Counted from the first letter of the stretch, positions 17,358 to 28,077 are shown. The stretch is 64,000 bases of DNA from Candidatus Roizmanbacteria bacterium RIFCSPHIGHO2_02_FULL_37_13b (GCA_001789395.1 MFZK01000021.1:2114-66113), one strand, 5' to 3'. Notes: generated from the sequence alone by a model not told the origin. A program made the numbers and translations.

Positions 17358-19442
17358 TTAATCCTGAGAGTATAAATCCGTTGAAAGATTATTTAACATT
17401 TTTGTAATTTCGGGTGACTTAATAAGTGATGGACGTGACATTACATAATCGGCTGCTTCTTGGGTCTTTTCTACAAGATCAAAATCAGAAAAATCAGCTA
17501 TTTTGAGATGCGGAATTCCATGTTGTTTGGTGCCAAATATTTCTCCGGCTCCCCTATTCTTCAAATCATATTCTGCCAGTTCAAAACCATTGACGGTTGA
17601 TGTAAATACTTTAAGTCGATTTTGTGTAGTCGGATTTCGGTTTTCACTAAATAGCAAACAATAACTCTGTATACTACCGCGACCGACACGACCACGAAGC
17701 TGATGAAGTTGCGCTAACCCATAACGATCGGAAGACTCAATAATTATTATTGCTGCGTTTGGAATATCAATGCCTACCTCAACGACAGGTGTGGACACTA
17801 ATATATCTATTGTCCCTTGTGTAAATTCCGTCATAACTCTTTTTTTTTCTGCAGATTTCATTTTGCCATGAAGCAGTGATAATCTAAACTTCGGAAACAC
17901 TTGCGTTTTCAAAGTTTCAAACTCACGACTAACCGCTTTTATATCTTTCATCGTTTCAACATCTGATTGGTCGATTAATGGACAGACAATAAAAACTTGA
18001 ATGTGCTCAGTTGTTATTTTTTTTCTAATCCACTCATATGCTTTTTCTCTTTTATCATATGGTACTAAGAAACTTTTAGTCTTTATTCTTTCTTGTGGTA
18101 GTTCTTTTATTCGTGAAACATCAAGTTGTCCATATAGGGTTAAGAGGACGGTTCGAGGTATTGGCGTTGCCGTCATCGTTAATAAATGCGGATGTTGAGC
18201 AATATTTTTTAACTTAGCTCTTTGAACAACTCCAAATTTGTGTTGCTCATCTATAACGATTAGTCCTACATTTGGATATTTCTTTTTGAATATCAAGGCC
18301 GTTGTACCAATAATAATATCTGCATCCTTTATGTCACCACTTTTGGTTTTGTTCGATCCGGTTAAGGTCAATATTTTCAATTTGTTTTTCAGTAATTTAG
18401 TTAAAGTCGTAAAATGCTGTTGACAAAGAATCTCCGTTGGCGCTAATATTAATGTTTTTTTTCCATTCAAATAAGAAAAATAAGCCGCTATAAGCGCAAC
18501 AACTGTTTTACCACTACCGACTTCACCTTGAAGCAAGCGATTCATCGGCTCGTTTTTTTTAAGATCTAAAACTAGTTCTCCTACCGCTATTTTTTGATCG
18601 TGGGTCAGTTTGAATGGTAGCTCTTCTTCAAACTGATTAAGTTTATCGATTATTTCATTAGTTTCCACCATCTGTGTTTTCACTTTTAAACGCTTGCGTT
18701 GTTCTCTTTGAATCTTACTTTTTAGCTGAAGAATAAAGATTTCGTCAAAAGCAAGTCGATGTTTCGCCAATTCAAAATTATGTTCATCGATTGGAGTATG
18801 AATATTCGATATAGCGTGACGTAAGTCTATCAATTGATATTTATTAATAATTTCTTGAGGCAGATAATCATATATTTCATCAATGTATGCCTTTAATAAA
18901 TGATAGATTTTTTCACGAATAAGCCGTGAAGATAATCCGTTTTTTTCCGAATAGACAGGAATAAGTCCACCTGTATGAATACCAACATCAGATAAATTAT
19001 TTAATAATTCATAGCTTTCTACAAGTACGCTTCGTGTGCCTCTTATTTGATCAAGCTTACCCGATATTTGAATGAGACTACCCGGTTTAATTAGAGAAAG
19101 TAGATAATATTGATTAAACCAAATAAGATTCATTTGCCCACTTTCATCTTTTAACGTTGCTTTTTGCACATGGCGTCCATTTTTGGTGCTAACATTAAGT
19201 ATTTTAGTAATTTCTCCTCTTATGGTTATCTGATTACTAAGCTTGAATTCGTTGGTAAACAAATTTTCATTATTGACTTGTACAACGACTTTGGATATTA
19301 ATTGGGGCTTTGGATAGAATTGGATGCGAAATGGGTAATAATTAAGCAGATCCCAATACGTTAGGATTCCTATCTTTTTTAATCGATGAATAGTTTGGGA
19401 AGCAGTTTTCGGTAGAAAATCTATATTTGAAAAAAGAGACAT
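17358..19442 (-). CDS. recG: ATP-dependent DNA helicase RecG
   Basis: 694 aa with an N-terminal OB/wedge region, Walker A GEVGSGKT, and a DEQHKFG box. Confidence 0.9.
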   Translation of the reverse strand: MSLFSNIDFLPKTASQTIHRLKKIGILTYWDLLNYYPFRIQFYPKPQLISKVVVQVNNENLFTNEFKLSNQITIRGEITKILNVSTKNGRHVQKATLKDESGQMNLIWFNQYYLLSLIKPGSLIQISGKLDQIRGTRSVLVESYELLNNLSDVGIHTGGLIPVYSEKNGLSSRLIREKIYHLLKAYIDEIYDYLPQEIINKYQLIDLRHAISNIHTPIDEHNFELAKHRLAFDEIFILQLKSKIQREQRKRLKVKTQMVETNEIIDKLNQFEEELPFKLTHDQKIAVGELVLDLKKNEPMNRLLQGEVGSGKTVVALIAAYFSYLNGKKTLILAPTEILCQQHFTTLTKLLKNKLKILTLTGSNKTKSGDIKDADIIIGTTALIFKKKYPNVGLIVIDEQHKFGVVQRAKLKNIAQHPHLLTMTATPIPRTVLLTLYGQLDVSRIKELPQERIKTKSFLVPYDKREKAYEWIRKKITTEHIQVFIVCPLIDQSDVETMKDIKAVSREFETLKTQVFPKFRLSLLHGKMKSAEKKRVMTEFTQGTIDILVSTPVVEVGIDIPNAAIIIIESSDRYGLAQLHQLRGRVGRGSIQSYCLLFSENRNPTTQNRLKVFTSTVNGFELAEYDLKNRGAGEIFGTKQHGIPHLKIADFSDFDLVEKTQEAADYVMSRPSLIKSPEITKMLNNLSTDLYSQD

Positions 19443-19465
19443 TTCAATTGCTTATAAATAATTCT

Positions 19466-19576
19466 TTAACGTATCAAAAAGACCGGTGCTAGCGATGTAA
19501 AAATCAGAAGGATACCAGAAACAACGACGATTAATTTCCATAGCACTTCTTTATTTTTTAAGATTTTTTTTATCAT
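19466..19576 (-). CDS. possible 36-aa single-TM peptide upstream of recG (speculative)
   Basis: My translation: MIKKILKNKEVLWKLIVVVSGILLIFTSLAPVFLIR. It ends 23 nt before the recG start. There is no homology evidence. Confidence 0.25.
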   Translation of the reverse strand: MIKKILKNKEVLWKLIVVVSGILLIFTSLAPVFLIR

Positions 19577-19632
19577 GGGGTGAATTATAAAGAAAATCTA
19601 TTAACTATTCATTATATATTATAATATCACTT

Positions 19633-22188
19633 ATGAACGTTCCGCGTTTAATAAGATATCGAAGTAGACGTCGACGGCTTATCCGTATCCCTGCGACTAC
19701 AAGTATCGTTCGTTTGTTTTTTTTTACCGTATTAATCGCAACAATTCTGGTTTTTGCTATGTTCTTATGGTATTCAAAAGATTTACCCGAGCCCGGAAAA
19801 GTAAAAAGAAGCAGTGGCTATTCAACGGTAATTTATGATCGCAATGACAAGATCATATTTGAAATGTACAAGGACGAAAATAGAATACCAGTGAAATTAT
19901 CAGAAATTTCAGTCTTTCTGAAAAAAGCAACGGTATCAATTGAAGATAAGGATTTTTATCGACATAGTGGATTTTCATTACGCGGATATTTGCGAGCTTT
20001 TGTGAGTTCATTGATTCATCGTCGAGTTGAAGGTGGATCGACATTAACGCAACAATTAGTAAAAACAGCTCTTCTTTCATCAGAAAGAACATTTACAAGA
20101 AAGATCAAAGAGTTCGTTTTGGCGGCTGAAATAGAAAGACGGTATACTAAGGATGAAATTTTAGAGATGTATCTTAATGAGATACCGTACGGTGGAACAT
20201 ATGTTGGTATAGAATCAGCAGCTAAAGGCTATTTCGGTAAATCTGCTAAGGATTTAACATTAGTCGAATCGTCAATATTAGCAGGATTACCACAACGACC
20301 TTCTTATTATTCCCCATTTATCGGGAAGCCCGGCGCATACATCGAAAGGGCAAAAAATGTTCTAAGAAGAATGAAAGAAGATAATGTGATAACATCTCCG
20401 CAACAATCGAAAGCTTTGAATGAATTAATTAATATTAAGTTCGAAAAAGCATATAGTTCTATAAACGCTCCTCATTTTGTCTTCTATGTTGCCGATCAAG
20501 TAACTCAAATGTTTGGTAAAGATATCATGGATCGTGGAGTAAAAATAAAAACGACAATCGATTTAGATCTTCAAAAAAAAGTAGAGGAAATTGTTAAAAC
20601 AGAAATCGAAAAGATTAAGAAATTTGATGCTACAAATGGTGCTATAGTCGTTCTAGATAATGACACTGGTGAAATATTAGCAATGGTTGGTTCTTATGAT
20701 TATAATGATGAAAAATTTGGGCGTTTCAATACAGCACTTGCGCATCGTCAACCTGGTTCAGCCATTAAACCGATTACTTATGCCGTTGCTTTAGAAAAGG
20801 GTTATACGGCATCGACAGTCTTAATGGATGTAAAAACCATTTTTCCAAATCAAGGGGGTAAAGATTATGAACCTGTGGATTATGATGGTAAATTCCGTGG
20901 ACCTATACAGCTTCGATTTGCATTAGGAAATTCAATCAATATTCCAGCTGTAAAATTATTGGCCATGGGTGGTGTTCGAAATTTCCTGCAGAAAGCTTAT
21001 GATTTTGGTTTGAATAGTTTTGAGCCGACCACTCAAAATTTAAAAAGATTTGGTTTAGCAATTACTCTAGGTGGAGGAGAAACTACACTTCTTGATTTGA
21101 GTTCGGCCTACGCAACAATAGCCAGAGGAGGAATAAGAAAAGATTATTTATCGCTTTTTGAGGTAACAGATTATAAAAATAACAAATTATATCAAGCAAA
21201 AAAAAGTCCGGAAAAAAAAGCTATAAATCAAGATGTAGCTTTCATACTTTCACATATCCTTTCTGATAATAATGCGAGAGCTGATGTATTTGGCCTACGA
21301 AGCTATTTGAATATCCCAGGCAAAACCGTTGCGGTAAAGACAGGTACGACCAATGATTTAAGAGACAACTGGACAGTAGGGTTTACAAAATCGGTAACAG
21401 TCGGTGTTTGGGTGGGAAATAATGACAATTCTCCGATGAATTCAAAAATTGCCTCAGGTGTCACCGGTGCATCCCCCATCTGGAGTCAAGTAATGGCTCT
21501 ACTTTTAAAAGAGAAATCCGATGGAATCATCGATAAACCAGATAATGTTCTTGCTTTAGAAGTTGATGCTATTTTAGGAGGTTTGCCAAGACAAGGATCT
21601 CCTACGCGTTCTGAATACTTTATTGATGGAACCCAACCAAAAGAAATCTCTCCTTTTTATAAACGTCTGAAGATTTCAAAAAGTACCGGTAAATTGGCTA
21701 ATGAAATTGAAATACGACTTGGTGATTTTGATGAAAAAGAATTTATAGTGATTGAAGAAGCTGATCCGATTTCTACAGATGGAATTAATAGGTGGCAACA
21801 AGCAATTGACGCCTGGAGTGCGAGTCAATCAGATGAAAAATATCATGCGCCTAAAGAATCTTCTACTGCCAAAGTTGATGATATCTCAGTTCAAATAAAA
21901 AACCCGGGAGATAAGACGCAAAATAGCAATAATGTTAATTTGAGGGCTCGTATAGCGTCCCTTGATCCTGTGACTAACATTGAGATCTCTGTCAATGGAT
22001 CTATTGTTAAAACTTATCGCGAAGATAAAAAAGAGATAGATGAAAATTTAACTCTCGATGATGGCTATTATATTCTTCGAGTAATGGCCGTAAATTCTAA
22101 AGGAAAAGCTGGTGATAGTGTGGTTAAAATAGGTGTTAATAAAGAATATAAAGATGAAGTTTTTATAACCCCGATAGTCACACCTTAA
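19633..22188 (+). CDS. class A penicillin-binding protein (transglycosylase/transpeptidase) with a C-terminal Ig-like extension
   Basis: Glycosyltransferase motifs EDKDFYRHSGF and GGSTLTQQL. Transpeptidase motifs SAIKP (SxxK), SIN (SxN) and KTGT. Confidence 0.9.
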   Translation: MNVPRLIRYRSRRRRLIRIPATTSIVRLFFFTVLIATILVFAMFLWYSKDLPEPGKVKRSSGYSTVIYDRNDKIIFEMYKDENRIPVKLSEISVFLKKATVSIEDKDFYRHSGFSLRGYLRAFVSSLIHRRVEGGSTLTQQLVKTALLSSERTFTRKIKEFVLAAEIERRYTKDEILEMYLNEIPYGGTYVGIESAAKGYFGKSAKDLTLVESSILAGLPQRPSYYSPFIGKPGAYIERAKNVLRRMKEDNVITSPQQSKALNELINIKFEKAYSSINAPHFVFYVADQVTQMFGKDIMDRGVKIKTTIDLDLQKKVEEIVKTEIEKIKKFDATNGAIVVLDNDTGEILAMVGSYDYNDEKFGRFNTALAHRQPGSAIKPITYAVALEKGYTASTVLMDVKTIFPNQGGKDYEPVDYDGKFRGPIQLRFALGNSINIPAVKLLAMGGVRNFLQKAYDFGLNSFEPTTQNLKRFGLAITLGGGETTLLDLSSAYATIARGGIRKDYLSLFEVTDYKNNKLYQAKKSPEKKAINQDVAFILSHILSDNNARADVFGLRSYLNIPGKTVAVKTGTTNDLRDNWTVGFTKSVTVGVWVGNNDNSPMNSKIASGVTGASPIWSQVMALLLKEKSDGIIDKPDNVLALEVDAILGGLPRQGSPTRSEYFIDGTQPKEISPFYKRLKISKSTGKLANEIEIRLGDFDEKEFIVIEEADPISTDGINRWQQAIDAWSASQSDEKYHAPKESSTAKVDDISVQIKNPGDKTQNSNNVNLRARIASLDPVTNIEISVNGSIVKTYREDKKEIDENLTLDDGYYILRVMAVNSKGKAGDSVVKIGVNKEYKDEVFITPIVTP

Positions 22189-24182
22189 AGTTTAAGCATT
22201 TCCTTTAATCGTAAAAGTTCCCCAATTGCTTCTTTTTCAGTTAAATTTCTGTCGGGTAGGTTAAATTCTAATCTGAGAGTGATCTTATCTTTAAAACTAT
22301 TTATAAAATAAACTTTTTTTAACATTTTACTTTGACTTATCATGGTAGAAGTAATCTTCTCATAAATGTTTTGAGGTGTTGATTGATAGGTCAAATCTTG
22401 AATTATTGTCGCATATTTTGAAGCTTTAACATACTCTGATAAGAGTCTGTAATTTCTAACAAATACATCTAACTCAATTTCGCAAATAAAGATTGATTGA
22501 GAAATGCCCAATTCAAGTTGATACTTAGAATCTAATTTCCCCAATAATCCACACTTATGATTGTCAATCAAGATATTTATCTGCAATCGAGGATCAAGGT
22601 ATTTGTAATTGGTTGAAATCTCGTAATTAATTTTAATATTTAAGAATTTGAATAAATTATCAATCAAACCTTTTATATTATGATAGTCTGTTGTCGTAGC
22701 TATGGTGAACATTTCTTTCTCGTCAGGTAAGCCCTCAAATTTCTTGTGATAAACTTTCGCTATTTCAAACAAAATGAACTTTTCATTATTAATAGCATTT
22801 TCTTTAATATTATTAACGAGCGAAAAGTAAAGATTTGACCGTAAATATTCAATATCTTGAGAGATGCTGTTTACTATTTTTAAATGGTCACTGAGTTTTA
22901 GCCCAAATGACTGCAAATTTTTTTCAGATATCATCGAATAGTTGTAGATTTCATTAACTCCGTTTGATTTTAAAAAGTAGCGAATCTTATTTTTTACTTC
23001 AAATTCCAAATCGGATTTGGTAGGTTGTGGAACAACTTCCGTCTGTTGTATGATGCCCGGGAGCCGATGCAAACCGTATATACGTACTACTTCCTCACTC
23101 AAGTCTTCGATTGAATCTATGTCATTATCACGAAAGAACGGTATTTCAACAATCTTTTTCCCCTGGTGAGTCTTAATATCAAATGATAAATTCTTTAAAA
23201 TTCGATTAACTTCAATTTCTTCAATTTTAACTCCGATCAAATCATTGATTTTTTTGTAATCAAGCTGAACTGTCTTTTTACTTTTTGGATCAGGATATAT
23301 ATCTATAATTTTGGATGAAATTTTGGCGTTGGCGTGTTTGTTTAGTAATTTAACTCCAAAATCAACGACTGGTCCAATAAGCTCACAATCTAAACCTTTC
23401 TCAAAATATGTTGCTGCTTGTGTACGCTGTCCGGTTAACATGGAAGTTCTTCTTATTTTAGTTTTATTGTATGTTTCAAGAAAAAAAAGAATTTTTTTGG
23501 TGTTGTTATCGATCATTGAATCGTATCCACCCATGATCCCAGCTAAATCCATGAGATGTCCACCACCATCTTCGATGACGATATCTCCTCCAGATAATGT
23601 AATCATACGGTCATCCAATGTTTTGATCCGTTCGCCTGCCTTAGATGATCGAACAATAAATTTTGAACCAGCAATTTTATCAAAATCAAATATGTGATTT
23701 GGTTGGCCAAGAGAAAGCATCAAGTAATTAGAAATGTCAACAATGTTATTAATCGATCTAATTCCACACATCTCAAGTCTAGATCTGATATATTTCGGGG
23801 ATTCGGAAACTTCAATGTCGGCTAAAACAACTGCTAAAATTCTCTGAGCTAAATCAGGTTCAATAATGGATACTTCAAAATTATCACTTCCATAAACAGG
23901 GGTAAATCGAGGGATGCTAAATTGTTTTATAGGATTTGAGGTGAACTTAGCATATTTCCCGAATTGCGGTAAAGTTGCAACCATTTCTCTGGCAATGCCA
24001 ATAACAGAGGCACAATCAACACGGTTGGATGTTATCTCAATATCAAATACGAAATCATCTCCAATTTTTTCAATCCGTTCAACCGCTGGACCACAGAGTG
24101 ATAAATACTTCTGGATTTCATAGGGGTCAGCATCAGTCTTAATAAAATCAAGTAACCAATTGTAAGTAATTTTTATATTCAT
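22185..24182 (-). CDS. pheT: phenylalanyl-tRNA synthetase beta subunit (short form)
   Basis: 665 aa, located immediately after pheS. B1, B3/4, B5 and catalytic-like regions are recognisable. The N-terminal OB tRNA-binding insert appears to be absent. Confidence 0.85.
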   Translation of the reverse strand: MNIKITYNWLLDFIKTDADPYEIQKYLSLCGPAVERIEKIGDDFVFDIEITSNRVDCASVIGIAREMVATLPQFGKYAKFTSNPIKQFSIPRFTPVYGSDNFEVSIIEPDLAQRILAVVLADIEVSESPKYIRSRLEMCGIRSINNIVDISNYLMLSLGQPNHIFDFDKIAGSKFIVRSSKAGERIKTLDDRMITLSGGDIVIEDGGGHLMDLAGIMGGYDSMIDNNTKKILFFLETYNKTKIRRTSMLTGQRTQAATYFEKGLDCELIGPVVDFGVKLLNKHANAKISSKIIDIYPDPKSKKTVQLDYKKINDLIGVKIEEIEVNRILKNLSFDIKTHQGKKIVEIPFFRDNDIDSIEDLSEEVVRIYGLHRLPGIIQQTEVVPQPTKSDLEFEVKNKIRYFLKSNGVNEIYNYSMISEKNLQSFGLKLSDHLKIVNSISQDIEYLRSNLYFSLVNNIKENAINNEKFILFEIAKVYHKKFEGLPDEKEMFTIATTTDYHNIKGLIDNLFKFLNIKINYEISTNYKYLDPRLQINILIDNHKCGLLGKLDSKYQLELGISQSIFICEIELDVFVRNYRLLSEYVKASKYATIIQDLTYQSTPQNIYEKITSTMISQSKMLKKVYFINSFKDKITLRLEFNLPDRNLTEKEAIGELLRLKEMLKL

Positions 24183-24185
24183 ATT

Positions 24186-25235
24186 TTAAAACTGTTCCAG
24201 AAATTTTATATCACCACTATAAAGTAGTCTCATGTCATCGAGCTTAATACCTTCTTTCATCATCATGATTCTCTCTAATCCAAAAGCAAATGCCCATCCT
24301 GAAAATATCTTGGAATCAATCTTTCCTTCTTGTAGGACCTTTGGGTGGACCATGCCTGCACCTGCTAGTTCTAACCATCCAGATTTGCAGACGCGACACT
24401 TTTCTGATGTCGATTTAAAACCGGTTCCCGAACAAATATCGCAGGTGATATCGACTTCAAAAGAAGGCTCAGTAAATTGAAAATGATGCGGTCTAAGTCT
24501 GATCTGCCGATTCTTGCCAAAGAAATTTTTAACAAAAAATTCTATTGTGCCTTTCAAATTAGTCATATTAATTCTTTTATCAATACAAAGTGATTCAAAT
24601 TGATGAAACATTGGAGTGTGGGACACGTCCCAATTTGGGCGGTAACATTTTGCAATATTTATCATTTTTATGGGGGGCGGTGTTCGCCACATTTCTCTTA
24701 TTTGACAGGATGATGTATGCGGTGAAAGTATCATTTTACCATATTTTTTATCGGTGTTTCCGTCTAAAAAAAAAGTCTCAAAGTCATCGCGACCAGGATG
24801 ATTTTTCGGCATATTAAGGGAATCAAACGAAAAATACTCATATTCTATTTCTCTGTAAGACATTCTAATAAATCCTAAACTGGCAAAAATTTTACTAATT
24901 TGTTCAATCGCATATGAAACAATATGTAAACTTCCCATTTTCTGACTTATACCGGGGAGTGTTGGATCGATAAATGGACTAGTGTCCGGCGCTTTAATGA
25001 GCTTATTTCTATAATCAACTAGTTTGATTGATATATTTTTTTTTAATTCATTAATTTCATTACCTAACTTTTTTCTATCAACTTGATTCCCAGATAAGTC
25101 CTTTTTTAATAAGAGGTTAATTTTTCCACGGCGTCCCAAATAGACAACCTCCAAACTTTTTAATTCTTGAAGGCTTTTAATTTGCTGAAGTTCGATATTA
25201 AATAAACGTTGAATTTCATCAATATCTTGACTCAT
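24186..25235 (-). CDS. pheS: phenylalanyl-tRNA synthetase alpha subunit
   Basis: Class II motifs FQFTEPSFEVD, GAGMVHPKVL and GWAFAFGLERI. Confidence 0.9.
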   Translation of the reverse strand: MSQDIDEIQRLFNIELQQIKSLQELKSLEVVYLGRRGKINLLLKKDLSGNQVDRKKLGNEINELKKNISIKLVDYRNKLIKAPDTSPFIDPTLPGISQKMGSLHIVSYAIEQISKIFASLGFIRMSYREIEYEYFSFDSLNMPKNHPGRDDFETFFLDGNTDKKYGKMILSPHTSSCQIREMWRTPPPIKMINIAKCYRPNWDVSHTPMFHQFESLCIDKRINMTNLKGTIEFFVKNFFGKNRQIRLRPHHFQFTEPSFEVDITCDICSGTGFKSTSEKCRVCKSGWLELAGAGMVHPKVLQEGKIDSKIFSGWAFAFGLERIMMMKEGIKLDDMRLLYSGDIKFLEQF

Positions 25236-25250
25236 ATATTATAAGTATAT

Positions 25251-25598
25251 TCAGTCGGATACTCTCTTTACAATAGCGGAAAAGATTTTCGGATGTTCAA
25301 GAGCCAGTTTAGCCAATATTTTTCTATCGATAATGATATTTTTTTTGCTTAACATATTGATAAATTTACCATATTTTAGATCGAGGTTCGACAATGCTGC
25401 ATTAATTCTGATAATCCATAGTTTGCGGAATTGTCTTTTCTTTAATTTCCTTCCAAAAAAAGCATATTCTCCGGCATGAAGAACGGCTTCCTTAGCTTTT
25501 TTTATTTGTTTACTCCGACTCATCCAATATCCTTTTGTTTGCTTTAAGATCTTTTTATGTTTAGCCCGCGTTGTCACTCCGCCTTTAACTCTAGCCAT
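25251..25598 (-). CDS. rplT: 50S ribosomal protein L20
   Basis: MARVKGGVTTRAKHKKILKQTKGY. Confidence 0.95.
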   Translation of the reverse strand: MARVKGGVTTRAKHKKILKQTKGYWMSRSKQIKKAKEAVLHAGEYAFFGRKLKKRQFRKLWIIRINAALSNLDLKYGKFINMLSKKNIIIDRKILAKLALEHPKIFSAIVKRVSD

Positions 25599-25600
25599 AT

Positions 25601-25786
25601 TTATTTACCTAACATACTTTTAACCTTTTTTCCTAATTTTCCAGATAAATGTTTCATTGTTTTTAAACTTCGCAATCTCTTTTTAGATTTATTGCTTTTA
25701 AGATGTCTAGAACCATGACCGCGATGCAATAATTTACCATTTTTTGTTAGCTTAAATCTTTTTCTGGCTGCTTTTTTTGTTTTCAT
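25601..25786 (-). CDS. rpmI: 50S ribosomal protein L35
   Basis: MKTKKAARKRFKLTKNGKLLHRGHGSRHL. Confidence 0.9.
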   Translation of the reverse strand: MKTKKAARKRFKLTKNGKLLHRGHGSRHLKSNKSKKRLRSLKTMKHLSGKLGKKVKSMLGK

Positions 25787-25788
25787 AT

Positions 25789-26322
25789 TTATTTTTTTCT
25801 ATTTAAGATTGTTAACATTATCTTACCTTGCATTTTTATTTCCGATCGTTGTGCGACATCATTCAATTCATTTGTAAAACTATTTATTAAATCTTGCGCC
25901 ATAGGTTTTTTGCCTAATTCTCGTCCTCTTAGCGGTAGCGATATTCTTACTTGATGGCCGTCATGTATAAAATCTCTTGTTTTATTTAGCATACGTTGTC
26001 TGTCCATAGGTCCTATGAACAAAGAGAGTTTAATATCTTTTGTTCCTCCTCTTTTTGCCCCTTTTTTTGCATCTTTATTCTTCTTATTTTCCTGATATAA
26101 AAACTTTTTAAAATCGATTAACTTTGCAACTGGTGGTTGACTTAACGGCGAAACTAAGACCAAGTCTTTGCCAAATTCTTTGGCGAGATTCAAGGCCTTA
26201 TCTTTGTCCATGATACCTAGAAATTTACCAGAATCATCAATCAATCTCAATTGAGAAGCAGTAATCTGGTAATTTAGAAGAAAGTGCTTTTTATTCCTTT
26301 CCCGATTAAATTTTTTTATCAA
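25789..26322 (-). CDS. infC: translation initiation factor IF-3
   Basis: ITASQLRLIDDSGKFLG plus the conserved infC-rpmI-rplT order. The called start is TTG and overlaps the thrS 3' end. A non-ATG start is typical of infC. Confidence 0.85.
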   Translation of the reverse strand: MIKKFNRERNKKHFLLNYQITASQLRLIDDSGKFLGIMDKDKALNLAKEFGKDLVLVSPLSQPPVAKLIDFKKFLYQENKKNKDAKKGAKRGGTKDIKLSLFIGPMDRQRMLNKTRDFIHDGHQVRISLPLRGRELGKKPMAQDLINSFTNELNDVAQRSEIKMQGKIMLTILNRKK

Positions 26323-28066
26323 CTTGATCTAATAAAGTCTTTACAAACTCATTAATTGAACTTTGTCCTAAATCTTTTTCTCGGCTACGTATTGATGCTA
26401 TGATGTCGTTATTTTTACTAGCTGCTACTTCCTTTTCACCAATTATACAAAGATATGGTATCTTTTGCAATACTCCCTGACGTATCTTTGCGCCAAGCGG
26501 TTTATTATCTTTATCTATGATTACTCTAATATTTGCTGCAGTTAATAAGTTATATACAGATTGACAATAATCGAGAAACTTATCAGAGACGGGGATTATC
26601 ATAACTTGCACCGGAGAAAGCCAAAGAGGAAATGCTCCAGCATAATGCTCAATCAAAATAGCTAGAGTTCTCTCTAATGATCCCGTTAAACCGCGATGAA
26701 TTATTACGGGATATTGAGGGTTACCTTTTTCGTCGGTATAGATTAGTCCCAACTTTTTCGCCATGAATAAGTCCAGTTGGAGCGTACTCATTTGCCAATC
26801 ACGTCCTAGTGAATCTTGGACAATGAAATCAATCTTAGGACCATAAAATGAAGCTTCGCCTTTGGCTATTTTAAAGTTTAGTTTGTTAACATTGATTATG
26901 TTTTGCAGAATCTGTGATGCATCATCCCAAGTTTTTTTATCTGCGATATATTTAATAGAATCAGAAGGATCTGCCAGAGATAATCGTACATAATACTTGT
27001 GTAAACCAAACGCGGTAAACATTTTTTTTATCAAGTTCAAACATAGTTCAAATTCACTTTCAATCTGATCTTCTCTCATTAAAATATGACTATCATCTAT
27101 AGTCAACGCTCTAACTCGCAATAATCCCGCCACCTCACCGCTTTTTTCATAACGGTAGCAGGTGCCGGGTTCGGTCAATCGAATCGGCAAATCTCTGTAG
27201 CTTCGCGGCTTGCTTTTGTAGATGCTATAGTGATGTGGACAGTTCATCGGTTTCAATACATATTCTTCATTATCGATTCCGAATGGTTGATACATTACTT
27301 CTTTGTAATGTTGAAAGTGACCAGTCTGGCGGTAAATTTCAGTTTTAGCAATGTGAGGGGTCCAAACATGAGAAAATCCCGCTCTAGATTCCAACTCGTA
27401 TTCGAAGTCAAGTATAGATTTTCTGATAATATAACCTTTTGGCGTAAGTAAAGGTAATCCTTTACCGATGTTATCGTCAATAACGAAAAGATCAAGACTC
27501 TTCCCTAATATTCGATGGTCTCGTTTCTTTGCCTCTTCAAGTTGCCAAAGATATTTATCAAGTTCATCCTTTGATGGGAAACATGTTCCGTAAATTCGGG
27601 TGAGCATTTTGTTTTTTTCGTCTCCCCGCCAATAAGCACCGGCGACTGACAGAAGTTTAAAATGTTTTAAGTCATGCGACGGATTATCAACGTGACCCAT
27701 TTTACATAAATCAAGAAAGTCACCTGGATCGTTAGTTTGAAGCTGTTTGCCATCCTTAGCAAATTCTTTTGCCAGTTCAATTTTATATGGGTTATCTTTG
27801 AAAAGCGCCCGTGCTTCATCAAGTGTGACTTCATTAAATATAAATTTTTTCCATTGAGGAAGAATCTGTTTCATTCTCTTTTCAATCTTTGCTAAATCTT
27901 CTTCAGAGATTTTTACTTTACCAAAATCAAAGTCCTGATAAAATCCATTTTCAATAGCTGGACCAATAGCATTGTGTGTCCCTGGCCATAAATCCTTGAC
28001 AGCTTTTGCCAGCAAATGAGCGCATGAGTGACGAAGATTTTGAAGATAGTCGTTTTTATTTTCCAT
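26306..28066 (-). CDS. thrS: threonyl-tRNA synthetase lacking the N-terminal TGS domain
   Basis: 586 aa. The HSCAHLLA editing-domain motif already appears at residue ~14. Class II catalytic and anticodon-binding regions follow. Confidence 0.9.
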   Translation of the reverse strand: MENKNDYLQNLRHSCAHLLAKAVKDLWPGTHNAIGPAIENGFYQDFDFGKVKISEEDLAKIEKRMKQILPQWKKFIFNEVTLDEARALFKDNPYKIELAKEFAKDGKQLQTNDPGDFLDLCKMGHVDNPSHDLKHFKLLSVAGAYWRGDEKNKMLTRIYGTCFPSKDELDKYLWQLEEAKKRDHRILGKSLDLFVIDDNIGKGLPLLTPKGYIIRKSILDFEYELESRAGFSHVWTPHIAKTEIYRQTGHFQHYKEVMYQPFGIDNEEYVLKPMNCPHHYSIYKSKPRSYRDLPIRLTEPGTCYRYEKSGEVAGLLRVRALTIDDSHILMREDQIESEFELCLNLIKKMFTAFGLHKYYVRLSLADPSDSIKYIADKKTWDDASQILQNIINVNKLNFKIAKGEASFYGPKIDFIVQDSLGRDWQMSTLQLDLFMAKKLGLIYTDEKGNPQYPVIIHRGLTGSLERTLAILIEHYAGAFPLWLSPVQVMIIPVSDKFLDYCQSVYNLLTAANIRVIIDKDNKPLGAKIRQGVLQKIPYLCIIGEKEVAASKNNDIIASIRSREKDLGQSSINEFVKTLLDQVDKKI

Positions 28067-28077
28067 TTTATTTGAGT

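Noticed and set aside
23311-23697. Long antisense or nested ORFs: 128 aa inside pheT, 112 aa at 38862-39200, 109 aa at 44689-45018, and 95 aa at 51409-51696.
   Set aside because: All lie opposite strongly supported genes and have low-complexity or odd composition. They lack start-site context, so they are treated as shadow ORFs.
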